Shown: positions 28,036 through 40,000 of the stretch, in pieces | How positions within the stretch are numbered: the first letter of the stretch is position 1 | How the letters are laid out: the number at the start of each line of letters is the position of its first letter | Source of the DNA: Octopus sinensis | Lineage: Eukaryota | Assembly (NCBI RefSeq): GCF_006345805.1 | Contig: NC_042997.1 | Span: 122,388,001 to 122,452,000, forward strand | DNA length: 64,000 nt | Reading direction: 5' to 3' | Translations under genes and position numbers: made by a program | Notes under the pieces: generated by a model | Seen by the model: the letters and a program-made list of their open reading frames with translations, nothing else | Databases searched by the model: none | What the model was told of the DNA's origin: nothing

Positions 28036-28117
28036 GGGGAAAGCAATTTTTAAATAAATATAAATAGAAATGATACATTTTTAAATATCTCAGAGAGATT
28101 TATGCAGTAGTGGTACA

Positions 28118-28402
28118 ATAAAGTAGTTGTATACTGTCAACTTAATATGACAGTGCCATGTAGGGAATCATACTACTGCTATTTAGGCCTAGGAAGCAGC
28201 AACGCTTCCTTCGGCCTTCACACATTTCCTGTGTCCTTATGTTTGCAAAGGGGAGATAAGCACCTCCTCTTTGCAAACATAAGGACACAAGAAATGTGTG
28301 AAGGCCGACAGGAAGTGTTGCTGCTTCCTAGGGCTAAATAGCAGTAATATGATTCTATTCATGGGACTGTAATATTAATTTGACAGTATACAACTACTTT
28401 AT
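28118..28402. repeat. Foldback with about 138-bp arms and an 8-nt loop
   Basis: Arms 28118-28255 and 28264-28402, loop ataagcac. Hand alignment gives 11 mismatches and 1 gap. Confidence 0.97.
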
Positions 28403-28408
28403 ATATAT

Positions 28409-28445
<37 letters not shown>

Positions 28446-28473
28446 TTGTATGTATATATATATATATATATAT
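28401..28473. repeat. (TA)n microsatellite abutting the long foldback
   Basis: Direct reading. Confidence 0.95.
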
Positions 28474-31124
28474 GCATACACATACTTACACACACTCACA
28501 TACATAATACGTATTTGTGCACACAAGTGTTTTTTAAGCAATTTGATTAAAATCTATGTTTGTGTGCACGCATGTAAAACGTTACAATTCGTATTATGCA
28601 TATGTATCGGTTTTCTTAAGCCTTCTTTTTATATTAAACATGGTAGTGAATCAATTGACATTGCATATCCGTTTGGGGCTAAACCATCACAAATAATATC
28701 TGTAAACATAGCCATGTATGTTTGTTTGAAATGTAATGCATGTTTATTTGGCGAAGAAATTCACTTCGTTAAGTGTTTAGTGTATTTAGGTCGGATTCAA
28801 TAATAGTGGAATGTGCAGATGAAAGTTTCATAGAAGCTTGTCGTGTATATAACTGAATGTATTCTGTATATATATCGACGAATTCATTTTCGGAGTTCTG
28901 AAACCTCACTTCTCTTAAATATTTGTTGTACGCCGCGTTACGGATTACTCTTTTGTCAACATCACAAATCTAAATGCATTACATCAGTTGGAAGTCTGTA
29001 GCTCATGACAATATTGATAACCAAGTAAGAAAAATGATTAAAACAATATCTATAAACCGTCCGGTTTAACATTTACGTAAGTGTACTAACATTTTGTAAA
29101 ACCTTTCTATAGCAGTACATGATGCTCCGGGGAGTTTAATCAGTAGTAGATATAGCATCTATTGCTGTTTTCTTCAATAACAGCGGCGATATTCCGTTGA
29201 CGCTCGCTGTGTGTCAATTCCTGGGTAGCAGCGTGAAATAATAATTTGGATTTAGCCACAGAGAGAGCTACACATGCTCAAATACATGCATGTGCATACA
29301 CATACATAATTGCATTGGTAATGTGTAAATTCGTATAGATATCATTACATTTGTGCACAACACTAACACATGCAATAGTAAGTTGTATTAGACTTCATTT
29401 TTTAAGATATAATCGAAATTTCAAATTTGACAACATTTTATTTATTTATTTTTTTTCGGTGTCTCTGCAAACGGTCTTTTACGATGTCAATGCTTTGAGT
29501 GAAAGTCACTCATTTACAAAATATAAATAAGATAAAAAATTAGATTAATGCAAAATATTCTCTTCATCACGTTTTTTCCTTGCTACCTCAAATTCTGATT
29601 AAGAAATGCATTGACTTATTTCCTCCATGAATTCATTTTTAAAAATCGGTTGGTTATTACAAATCAGTGAATGACTCTTTGTATAGAAAATAGCTGAATA
29701 TTTTTTTTTAATAAATTTTTCTCCAATGTTGATGGTTGCTAAATTAATATTGACCCCGCTACGAGACGTCAGCTGTATGTTGCCTAATACAAATATTGGA
29801 GAACATTTTTTTTCAATCTACTATTTTAATGTATATCACTTGCAAGTCAAATAAACGTATGAAAATTCTACCCGTATTTGCTTTGAACATAAACTAAATA
29901 CAAAAAAAAATAAGACATGAATATTGAATTTATGATGGATTCATTTCAGTGTCGATACTGCCAAACATTATCGCAAAAATAGAAAGAATACGCATAATTC
30001 TTATGATATTCGTATTTTAAGGCATTGAATAGTGCAAAATATATTTAGGGAGAAAGAAAATAAAACAATATTGTAATGTTTGTTCAACGTATTGATTAGA
30101 TACGAAAATGATGGTGCAAAAGATAAAAAAAATTAGCATCACAAAATGTCCAAATGTTCAATGCAGACGAAATTTGTCAGCTCTGGAAACATATGTTTCT
30201 TCTTCCCATCTCTTGTTTTATAACATGTCTGATACCCGTTGAGTAAGACTACAGATTGTTTACTTATATACTTTAATAGTGTGATAACGTTTCCTGACCG
30301 GATTCTTCAAGTTATGTGCATATGTTTGTGAGAATTTGCTTTAGTTGAAGCTTAGCCAACGACTAAGCTTCCTATATCCAAGTTCAGAAATAATTATATT
30401 TTATTTCTTTCACTGTCCAAGACATGTGCTCATCACTTTCAAGAGCAAATTTTATACAACAGTTTACTGTAATTCCATTCTAATATTATCTCGAATTTAA
30501 TCTAAAATTGGTACTATATCTTACTTGCTAGTAATTCAACTAAGATAATAGTGTATATATATATATTTTTTTGTTAAGGTAAGTACTGAATTTCGTCCTT
30601 CCGATGCCCTTAATATACACTACCAGTGATATACTGAATTCGAATAAATGGGCGGATCCTGGTGGTGACAGTCTTTTTCCAGCAATAAAAATGCAGTTGA
30701 ACATTTTTTGATGTTCAACTAGAAGTCAAATGTATTCAAGCAGGTATTTCATAGAAACCCTTCGGCAGTGAATAGTCTGTCTATTTATCGATGGCGTCAA
30801 TTCCTTATTCAGGATTTAAAGGCCTATTGACTGTTCATACTGGCATAATGAATGATTAGATATACATTCTCTTGGTAACTTGTTAAATAGCCGTCACGTT
30901 GTAAACATTTGAGTTTTATAGAATTCACTCCAGTAAAAACCATTTTGAATCCAAATAGGTTATAACGGCAAAATAATCAAATAATTATTAGATATATTAC
31001 TTGAACAAATTAGACTCCATGAAAAGTCCACGGTATGACTGCGTTGACCTCTACCATTTTCCCCATTATAGGCATAGACATTAGCAAAAAGCATGCATAC
31101 GCACTAACCGAGGAGAAATAACGA

Positions 31125-31174
31125 TATATATATATACATACATACACACACACACACCACACACACACACACAC

Positions 31175-31263
<89 letters not shown>
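31125..31263. repeat. (TA)n(CA)n(TA)n compound microsatellite
   Basis: Direct reading. Confidence 0.95.
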
Positions 31264-31264
<1 letters not shown>

Positions 31265-32027
31265 CAATCAATATCCAACTAACGTTACATTAAAAGTGCA
31301 TCACTAGAACGATGCCAGATTTAATACTGTTGGGATCGAAAAGTCATTGATTTTATTCTAAATGAATTGATTGCGTTCTTCTAATTCCTTGTGCAGCCTA
31401 TATGTCAATGATTCATGCATTCCCAACAGCATTATCGGATGTAACATGTCTCTCTCCATATATTTAGAGCGCTACTATCGACCTAGTTATTCCTTTACTG
31501 TATATCTTGTTCCATATTTCAAACATACTCTAAACGAATATCGTTTTTTGAAAGTCGAATGAATGACAACTACCTAATTTTCATATAAATTACTTCTTTT
31601 ACTGCCAGTTATTTCTTTGGGAATTTATTCCATTTTTAAAATAATGTATTCCTGTTTATTCTCAAGAACATGAATACTATTCTGGAAAGGAATGCAAAAT
31701 TCACCGCATATATCATGGTTACATAATTTATTTGGTTTTTTCTTTCTCTAATTTTCGCGAATATCAAAACAAAGTAATATCCTTCTATACGTTACATTAA
31801 GGAGAAACCCAAATCTTTTATAGGTTCCTGTATTATAGGTGATTCAGTAGATGTAATGACAAGTATTTAATGTAATTCTATGTTCTAGGATATTATATTA
31901 ACTTCGTAGATTATTGGGCTCACTAATCGTAAAGAAAACTTATATTCATGAATTGGAAGCAAAAAACAAAAGAAATCAATTTTTTCCTGCTTCTTATTTC
32001 ACAGATTATTTAAATTATATAAGAACT

Positions 32028-32441
32028 GGATCTTTTCGGTTTGAACGGCAGTATTTTCTAGCGGTGTCATATAAAATTGGCACCCATAATTATCACCCTA
32101 GTATCGATCTATTGAATTTCAATCTGTGTTAGGGTTAGGGGTGGAGGGAAGGGTATCTTTTTTTCTTCAGAAATGTAAATAAGCCCAAACTTGTTTTCTT
32201 TAACGAGGGACATATTCATACGGCACAGAATGTTTTCATCTCAACAGACGTCACTGATTGGTTGAAATTGCAGAAATTAAAGAAAAAAAAACAACAAATA
32301 TCATACAAACTATAGAATTTTCTCAATAAAGCTAAGAGAAAAAGATGTTTTATAAACACATTCTACCAGTATACGAAGTTTAAAAGTGTTTAGTTACGTG
32401 GTAATTTTTTTTAAAAACTGCCGTTCAAACCGAAAAGATCC
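32028..32441. mobile_element. Intact 414-bp MITE, perfect 25-bp TIRs, 8-bp TSD
   Basis: TIR ggatcttttcggtttgaacggcagt (32028-32052) / actgccgttcaaaccgaaaagatcc (32417-32441). TSD taagaact at 32020-32027 and 32442-32449. Confidence 0.93.
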
Positions 32442-33559
32442 TAAGAACTCGCATATGATCTACTTGAACCAAATTGGGGACACAAACTAACATTGCAAAC
32501 CTTGATTGAAGACATCTAGTAAATATTCCGAGGTATAGCAGTAATATTTTTATTTATGTGTTTCACTTTTAAGAATTGATGCGCACATTCTATTAGCCAT
32601 TACAATATACCAGCCGTTTTGTGTGACAAATCAGGCCACCATGCTGCGAGGAAAGTGAACGCTACGTTCATTAGAGATTCCTAAATTAATTAAACATAAT
32701 TTGATTAATTTTCTTTAAGAATGAATTATATCTGTTTAATTGATCCTATTGGACATATTTATGTGTTTATTGATTATATGAAGTGAAATCAACGAATAAA
32801 ACACAATCATGTTCTCCAAAGAATAAAAATAGCAAAGTTGTAACAAAAGTCAGTAATTACTCTAATACCCAACATAAATAATAGTGGTTTTTGAAGTAGA
32901 GGGCAAAAGAGACTGTATAAGTGCGATTGAGTATATGCGAGTATATTATACATCCATGAGGAACTCGCATTGGGTACATGTTATTTACATTATCTTCTGA
33001 TTGATGCACACATGGACATAATATTTCAGCAAAGGAGATATTAACAAATCATTAAATTCTTAATAGTTATACAACTGCCGTATCTATCAGCCAGTAGTGT
33101 CTATATGTCAATACAGATTTGCAAATATTATATCTTCCTACGCTGTAACGTCATGTAGAGTTTTGTTTTTTATGACTTACTGTAAGCCGGCCAGTATTCA
33201 TGATCTGTTTATTCACGTTAACTTCAGATTAATGCATACTCGGACATTATATTTCCTTATCATCCTACATTCTAGTAATTACATAATTGTACTTTGGTCT
33301 ACCTTATTTGTTTAATGATACCCTATGAAAAAACAATATCCATCTATTTATACTGACAATAGCGATAAATTTGCCCAGCAATCATCCAATTTCATACAGC
33401 TGCCTATATTGCAGGCCATTCAATAGATTTAGTGCCGTAATTTTCTTTACGAATAAATCTTGCATTTGTTTAATTAATTCCGTTTGATATGTGTACGTGC
33501 GCTCTTTTATTGATTGTATGCATTGCTTTAACTTCATCTCTTGATAATTGAGTCACTTT

Positions 33560-33830
33560 CAACGGATTCCTTTATGTTGCAAGTATTCCGAGTCGGTATT
33601 CCGGTTCCTTCATACATTTATCCCATTCGAACTTAGAGAGGCAAAGTAAGTCGTCTGAAAGAAACCCTTGGATCTGGTTGTTAGGCAAACGATGGTATGA
33701 TTGAAAAAAGGCAATGTCCGGCAAGTGAAAAAACATAAACACAGGTGGTAGGTGCAGTCTTTCTTCTCTTCGGTAGCAATCCATACCGTAGTGCTTCCAT
33801 CAGTAACGACCCGTAATTATATTAAGTCGG
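33560..33830 (-). mobile_element. Possible very decayed RTE-like LINE remnant
   Basis: Minus-strand GSTTVWIATEEKKDCTY is weakly like LLYGSETW..T..EKKLDG.Y. Not secure. Confidence 0.25.
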
Positions 33831-33926
33831 TTTATTGCATGCTGTTTGTAACCTCTCTGAGATAATGTGATGTATAATTTCAGAAAAGATAACTTCAGAA
33901 GGGACGTCGAATATCTATATCGTATG

Positions 33927-34157
33927 AGGCAGTGGGCTGGCAGAAACGTTAGCACGCCGGGCGAAATGCTTAGCAGTATTTCGTCTGTCGCTACGTTCTG
34001 AGTTCAAATTCGGCCGAGGTCGACTTTGCCTTTCATCTTTTCGGGGTTGATAAATAAAGTACCTGTTACGCACCGGGTCGATGTAATCGACTTAATCCCT
34101 TTGTCTGTCCTTGTTTGTCCCCTCTATGTTTAGCCCTGTGTGGGTAGTAAAGAAATA
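33927..34157 (+). mobile_element. SINE family B, tail type 1, full length
   Basis: aggcagtgggctggcagaaacgttagcacgccgg...gaggtcgactttgcctttcatcttttcgggg...tttagccctgtgtgggtagtaaagaaata. Confidence 0.88.
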
Positions 34158-34523
34158 TATATCATATGAATTGTGGACGTTGATTTCAGCATATCTTGCG
34201 GTGAGAGCTTGGTCTTGTACAGGATATTGCATTAAGGAACGGTTTGTTTAGCCAGGTAAAAAACAGCTTTACTTTTATAGAGTCGGTACAAATATTACAC
34301 GTTCAAAAGTAGGTATTTATTGCAGTTCCTCATATTTCCCTTATGTCCCATCAGAACATGAGTTTTTATTGATGTTGTAGATTTAAAATAAGGTTACTCG
34401 AAATATCCAATTATTGCACCCTTTGTTTTTGCTTTTGAACTGATCTTCAATCTTAGCAACGTTACCAACTGCCTTCTTAAGTTTTTCCTTGACTTACTTG
34501 TTTCGTATCACATCAAGGCTTTG

Positions 34524-34590
34524 GGTTGATTACTCTTGTGTGTATTGATTACGGTTGACTACGCTTGTGAGTATTGATTTTGGTTGATTG
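34524..34590. repeat. 29-bp minisatellite, about 2.3 units
   Basis: ggttgattactcttgtgtgtattgattac / ggttgactacgcttgtgagtattgatttt / ggttgattg. Confidence 0.7.
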
Positions 34591-35135
34591 TGCAGTACGT
34601 GCTTGATGTCTTGTATTACAGACTGGAATCAAAATCTGTTCCGTCCCTCTCTCATACTACAGAGCCTTTATTTTGTGACTGGTTCTTAGAACGTTTTAAT
34701 GTTTCTAGTAGTAATCTTGCTATGGAAATGACATTCGATATTGTCCGGTTCTGAAAAATTAATCTTCATTTCCTATTTCTTTGAGGATTGCTTTCATACA
34801 CACATATTTTCCATCTAATTCTATGTTATTTAGAAAAGGCTGAATTGCCTAGTTCTTGTATAATCTATATACTGTTATTTCATTCTTGCATTTTCTTAGT
34901 ACAACTGATATTAATGGAGTTGCTGAATTTCGTAACAGTACACAGAGTACACTCAACTTAGGGGAGGGGAACTTGCAGTTTACAAGGCATCTTATCTTCT
35001 CGTCCAACTAATATTAATATTACTGCTATATTTTAAGGCAGTACATAGACACTTCATCAAGGGGATGAAGATGTTCACTTTATAATTCTACTTTATAGAA
35101 GGGTAGACGTAAATAACCCTGTTTTGCGGAAATAC

Positions 35136-35352
35136 AGCAGTCACCTAAGCATACCAGCACCCCCTCTTCCACGCCATCGTTGTCTGAGGGGAAGGCAAGG
35201 CCGATACAGCTTGGCACCAGTGACTTCGGATCTCTTTTCTTCTGTTTAGCAACTGAAGCAATGTGAAATAAAGTGACCTGCTAAAGAACACAACACACAG
35301 CCCTGTCCGTGTATTGAACTCACTACCTCATGATTAAGAGCCTGATACCGAA
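35136..35352 (-). mobile_element. Third SINE-like family (family C), diverged single copy
   Basis: gcaatgtgaaataaagtgacctgctaaagaacacaacac...attgaactcac (minus-strand B-box-like motif). Family recognised from memory of octopus repeats; no second copy in the window. Confidence 0.5.
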
Positions 35353-35581
35353 ATTCTAGTTCAAATGGCATTAACGTCCTTTCTATATTGTTTTGCAGTG
35401 CTCAGTAGTCTATTTCTGAGCAACAATGCAGCTTATAATGTTAGGTCATACACGAAGAAGCGTGTTTGATTAACCTAGCTATTCCTCTCATGCATGTAGT
35501 ATGCAACATTTTCTTTGTTACACAATCCAAATGCAATGAGCTGCACTAATAATGAAGAGTAAAAATATTCCTGACCTGGAA

Positions 35582-35774
35582 TACTCTTTTACTTGTTTCA
35601 GTCATTTGACAGTCGCCATGCTGGAGTACCGCCTTTTAGCCGAGCAAATCGACCGCAGGGTTTATTCTTTGTAGGCTTAGTACTTATTCTATCGGGCTCT
35701 TTTGCCGAACTGTTAAGTTACGGGGACATAAACACACCAGCATCGGTTGTCAAGTGATGTTGGGGTGACAAACA

Positions 35775-35868
<94 letters not shown>

Positions 35869-36029
35869 GACGGGCTTCTTTCAGTTTCCGTCTACCAAAT
35901 CCACTCAAAAGGCTTTGATCGGCTCGAGACTATGGTAGAAGACAGTTGCCAAGGTGCCACGCAGTGGGACTGAACCCGAAACCATGTGGTTGGTAAGCAA
36001 GCTACTTACCACACAGCCACTCCTGCGCC
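35582..36029 (-). mobile_element. SINE family A, full length
   Basis: tactcttttacttgtttcagtcatttgac ... cacacagccactcctgcgcc. Confidence 0.92.
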
Positions 36030-36179
36030 TCACAGCCACTCCTGCGTATGTTTTTTTTTCTGAAACTAAACAAGGTCCCAAATTTTATGATACCTTTTTT
36101 CATTTCACTACACACTGATTATCGTTACATCTAGGTTTGCACATTTGGATTACATTTCTTCGACAGATGTTTTATCTTG

Positions 36180-38300
36180 TTTGTTAAGATCGATATTTTA
36201 ATTAGGGAGCAGCTCCATTCCTGGTGGTCAGAGACAAACATGTACGACCAGTTACCGCTGATATTCTGTCGGTGTTGATTGTTTTTATTAGTGTATGGCT
36301 ACTCTGCAATATTTTGAAACAAGTGCTTCTGTATGTCTATATCTCCTCTTCTCAGTTACTTTTTTAATATCTGTTATGAAAGTCTGAATTCTCCCATGTC
36401 TGTAAATGAATTTTCAGCTAAAACGACTAAGAATGTGGAAAATAGATTTTCCAAACGTCGACATTATATATTCTGTAGTTATTTTAAGCTTTATAAAATG
36501 ATTCTGGATAGCCTTTGCAGAAAAGCTTTGATCCTGTCTCAGTCAAGATTACTCCTCTCTTGGTTGTGGTGAGTATACTTCAATGCAACGATTTCATCCT
36601 CCATTTCCTTGTTTCTCACTTATTTATCATGCATGTGATTTTTGACAATGGTTTCAGCTTAACATTATATATTCTTATCTTGAGCTTACTTTGTGTTTCT
36701 TCCGAAACGTAGCAACTGCTTTGCGATTGTTGGTATGTTGTATTTGTTTTCTTTTTGTATTTCTTCTATTCTTTATAAGATATCTGTATAGTGCGACAGT
36801 ATTCAATAAACTTTCTAGTTACATAAGTCCTCTACTTTCCAGTATCCTTGCGATATATACTAATTATTGTGAAACATGGGGCAGTTTATTCTAAATGCTG
36901 CCATTATATTATTTTTTTTCTCTGTAGACTTACCAGCATATTTAGTGTTCATTTTTGTATACCATACGTTTGAGACATTTATTTATATGCATTTTCTTTT
37001 TTTCACTTTTTATGCTCACATTTAATGAAGAGTATTCCTTGTTGAGTTCTGCCTTGTTCATTATAAAATAAGTATCTCAAAATATTATCTAAGATATATT
37101 TTCTCGTGACATCCATCTCCCATTATAATAGTCTCGCCACTTGTTTCGAATGCCAATCTCAAATAATTCCTCTATGAAATCGTATTTTTGCAGCAATGTA
37201 TCAAGTTACTTAACTACATTATTCAGTTGAAGGTACAACAAACACCTACGATTTAAGTTCGCATCAACATCAATATTCGATGTCCCAGAGTGGGGCTCCG
37301 GCACAAGGTTGTTTGCCATAGCTTCTGCTCGCATTCAGCTGATTTAGCTTAAAAATTACAGAAATCCAATAAACTTGTTCAGTTGATGAATCAAGAGCGA
37401 TCGAGATCCATATGAAATTTGTTATCTGCGTCCAATCTAGTTTACCTTGTGCTTAAATGTGTTTATGTATAACGAAAAGAAAGTGTATTGAATATCCTTT
37501 CGTAATAGAGGAGTGTTTATTATTATTTTTGTTTTACATTTTGTTTCCTTATTACAATATGCAGAACTGCTTGCACTTTATTCATAGCGTATTTAATTTA
37601 ACTGCGTATTGTTTACTCTTTCCATGCTTAGTAATATCGCTAAGATTTCTTAGAAAAAGTATCTTTTTAACAGATGGTTATTTTTGAGGATATCACTGCA
37701 ATTGAGTCTTCTTAGTCGGCAGAAAAGTAAATTTACTTGTAAGGTTTCTTTTAATTTTGAAATTTTTTCTCTCACTGAACTAAATATACTTTGTACTCGT
37801 TTCCATATGTATCTCATTAAACATCTACGCTATCAGCTTAATGTCACTGTTCAATAATATATCACTCTTTTCCACTCACCGTTTTCGTTTTACTTAGGCC
37901 AAATTTTGTTCTTGTTATAGCCTCCCACGATTGCTGAACAACTGTAATTGGTTGTGAAAATTCCTTCTGCCTGTGGTAATTTATTCGCTGTCCATAACCC
38001 TGCCGCAAATTCTTTTATTCGATGTATTTCTTTGTTGCTCTTCACCTAGTTTTTGATCAGACCGTTCTGTGTTTTCAATGAATCTTTGTTGATTTTTGTA
38101 TCAGATTCTCAGAAATCTAGCGATATCTCCTTGTTTCAAAGAGATTACGCTTGAGAAATAGTTTCTCTTATTTTCTAACGTTATTTCTATGCTGTTATTT
38201 TCATGTCGTTAGCTTGTATATTGATAGTGCTGATTGAGAATATCTGAGGGATTACCTCCTGCCCTCTGTAAATATTTCATTTAACCTGGTGACATTGATG
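36180..38300 (-). mobile_element. Heavily decayed L1-like LINE (APE endonuclease and N-terminal RT remnants)
   Basis: Minus-strand hand translations ETIIMGD (cf. IIMGDFN) near 37130, IVGV near 37250, and GYPESFYK plus NYRIYNVD (cf. DG.P.EFYK, NYRPISLLNVD) near 36450-36520, in the correct order. Many stops; boundaries approximate. Confidence 0.5.
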
Positions 38301-38665
38301 TTTCTGCCCGTTTTCATTGATTCTGATTAGCTAGTGCTGTGCATCTTTCGATACAATTTTGTCTTTCTGTTTTATATTTGCAATAAGGGCCCACTTGTCT
38401 GTAAGAATAACAACTATTTTTAATTATTCAATAAGTAATAGTTTACATTACCGTTTTCTAGATTTCCAACTTTAAAATCTTACTATTTTTACATTTCCTT
38501 CAAATTTACTCATTTACGTTTTTGTTTGATCAATATTCAATTCGGCGAAAAAGTAAGACAGAAAGCAAAACGCCGCAAGAAATGACATAAGGTCATTTGT
38601 GCGATGATTTAGATATTCTAATAACGCATTAATAAGGATACTATTCATGTAAAGTATCGCTAATA

Positions 38666-38877
38666 ATCCTTCCTACTAAAGGCACAAGGCTTGAAATTTG
38701 GGAGGGTAGGGGACTAGACGATTACATCGACCCTAATTTTTCACTGGCACTTAATTTATCGACCCCGAAAGGATGAAATGCAAACTCGATCTCGACGGAA
38801 TTTGAACTCAGAAAGTAAAGATGGACGATAGGTCGCGGAGCATTTTACCCGGCGTGCTAATGATTTTATCAGCTTGC
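38666..38877 (-). mobile_element. SINE family B, tail type 2
   Basis: Reverse complement carries ttagcacgccgggtaaaatgc...ttctgagttcaaattccg...tttcatcctttcggggtcgataaattaagt...caagccttgtgcctttagtaggaagg. Confidence 0.8.
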
Positions 38878-38950
38878 AGGTTTAATATAGTATCATTAAT
38901 AATGATATGTCATAATGATATATAATATTAATCTACTAGCATGTATTTTT

Positions 38951-39105
38951 TTACGTTCTGGTTTCAAATTCCACGAAGGTTGTCTATGCTTATCATCCTT
39001 TCGGAGTCGATGAAATAAGTACCAGATAAGCTCTGGAAACGATGTAATCAGCATGCCAACTTCCTCAAAATTTCAGGCCTTGTTCCTATAATCGAGAAAG
39101 GAGTA
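38951..39105 (+). mobile_element. SINE family B, 5'-truncated, tail type 2
   Basis: acgttctggtttcaaattccacgaagg...atcatcctttcggagtcgatgaaataagtaccag...aaaatttcaggccttgttcctata. Confidence 0.75.
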
Positions 39106-39299
39106 TTATTATGTTTTGACGTTATTTTCATGTATAGCAGTTGCAGCCGTGTCTCAACAAGTGACATAAAGAGCAACAACATTCTGTATCTATAGATGCT
39201 AAAAGATGTGTTGCTATGAAAATGAAAAAGAAGAAAAACTGATGTCTGTTAAAAAGTAGTCTCATAATAAAATTTATGATTACACTGAACGTGTAAGAT

Positions 39300-40000
39300 T
39301 ACATCTTCATGGAGAATATTAAGCGCATATGATACACGAGATAGCCATAAATATGACTTATTGCAATTCCTTTTGAAGGCGGGCTGTAAGGAATTGGGTC
39401 AATTCCTTATATCATTCCATGTTCATCAATAACTATAAGTTATTTCATTGCTTTCAGATGCCATATTCTTCTGATTTCTATCTCTAAGTCCTTATATTAG
39501 GGCAATTTCTAAAAACGGTTTCTGAGACGTCACCTAGGGCTGCAGCATCTGTCAAAAGGTATGTGTTTTCAACATTACTTATAATGATAACTCCAGCATT
39601 CTTGAAAACTTTGTGATGGAGGGTATAAGTGCGGCCAATTGAGCAGCGTATGTACAAAGATGCTTGTCATGTCTTTGCAAGTATTCTGTTTGCTGCATCC
39701 AGAGAATATGTAGTCAATTGTCTGTGGAAGTTCCCGCATACATAGCACGATGGATGGCTTTCAAGTTTCAGACTATTACTCGGGTAATTACTAGTTGAAA
39801 GGCATTGATCATAAGCAGAAAATATATGCTCTTCAGTTTCTACCCTCAGACGAGAATTTGTCAGCTACTGCTGAGTAAGTGTTTAATCTACATCAGGGTC
39901 CTTGCCTCTTGTTCGGGTATTTTGCTATTCTGTTCCCATTCCTCCTAAATGTGTGTTCGAAGTTAGATTGACTGTATCTTTATTTGCCTTGTAAGTCACA
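39300..40000 (-). mobile_element. Decayed 3' part of an R4/Dong-like RLE non-LTR retrotransposon (Zn-knuckle plus RLE)
   Basis: Minus-strand hand translations in order: PDVD*TLTQQ*LTNSRLRVETEEHIFSAYDQCLSTSNY..LK...PSCYVC, QTIDYIFSGC, RHD, YKDLEIEIRRIWHLK, IVIDEHGMI. Confidence 0.8.

Noticed and set aside
32129-32141. Telomere-like ttagggttaggg
   Set aside because: Only two units, inside a MITE. Not an interstitial telomeric array.
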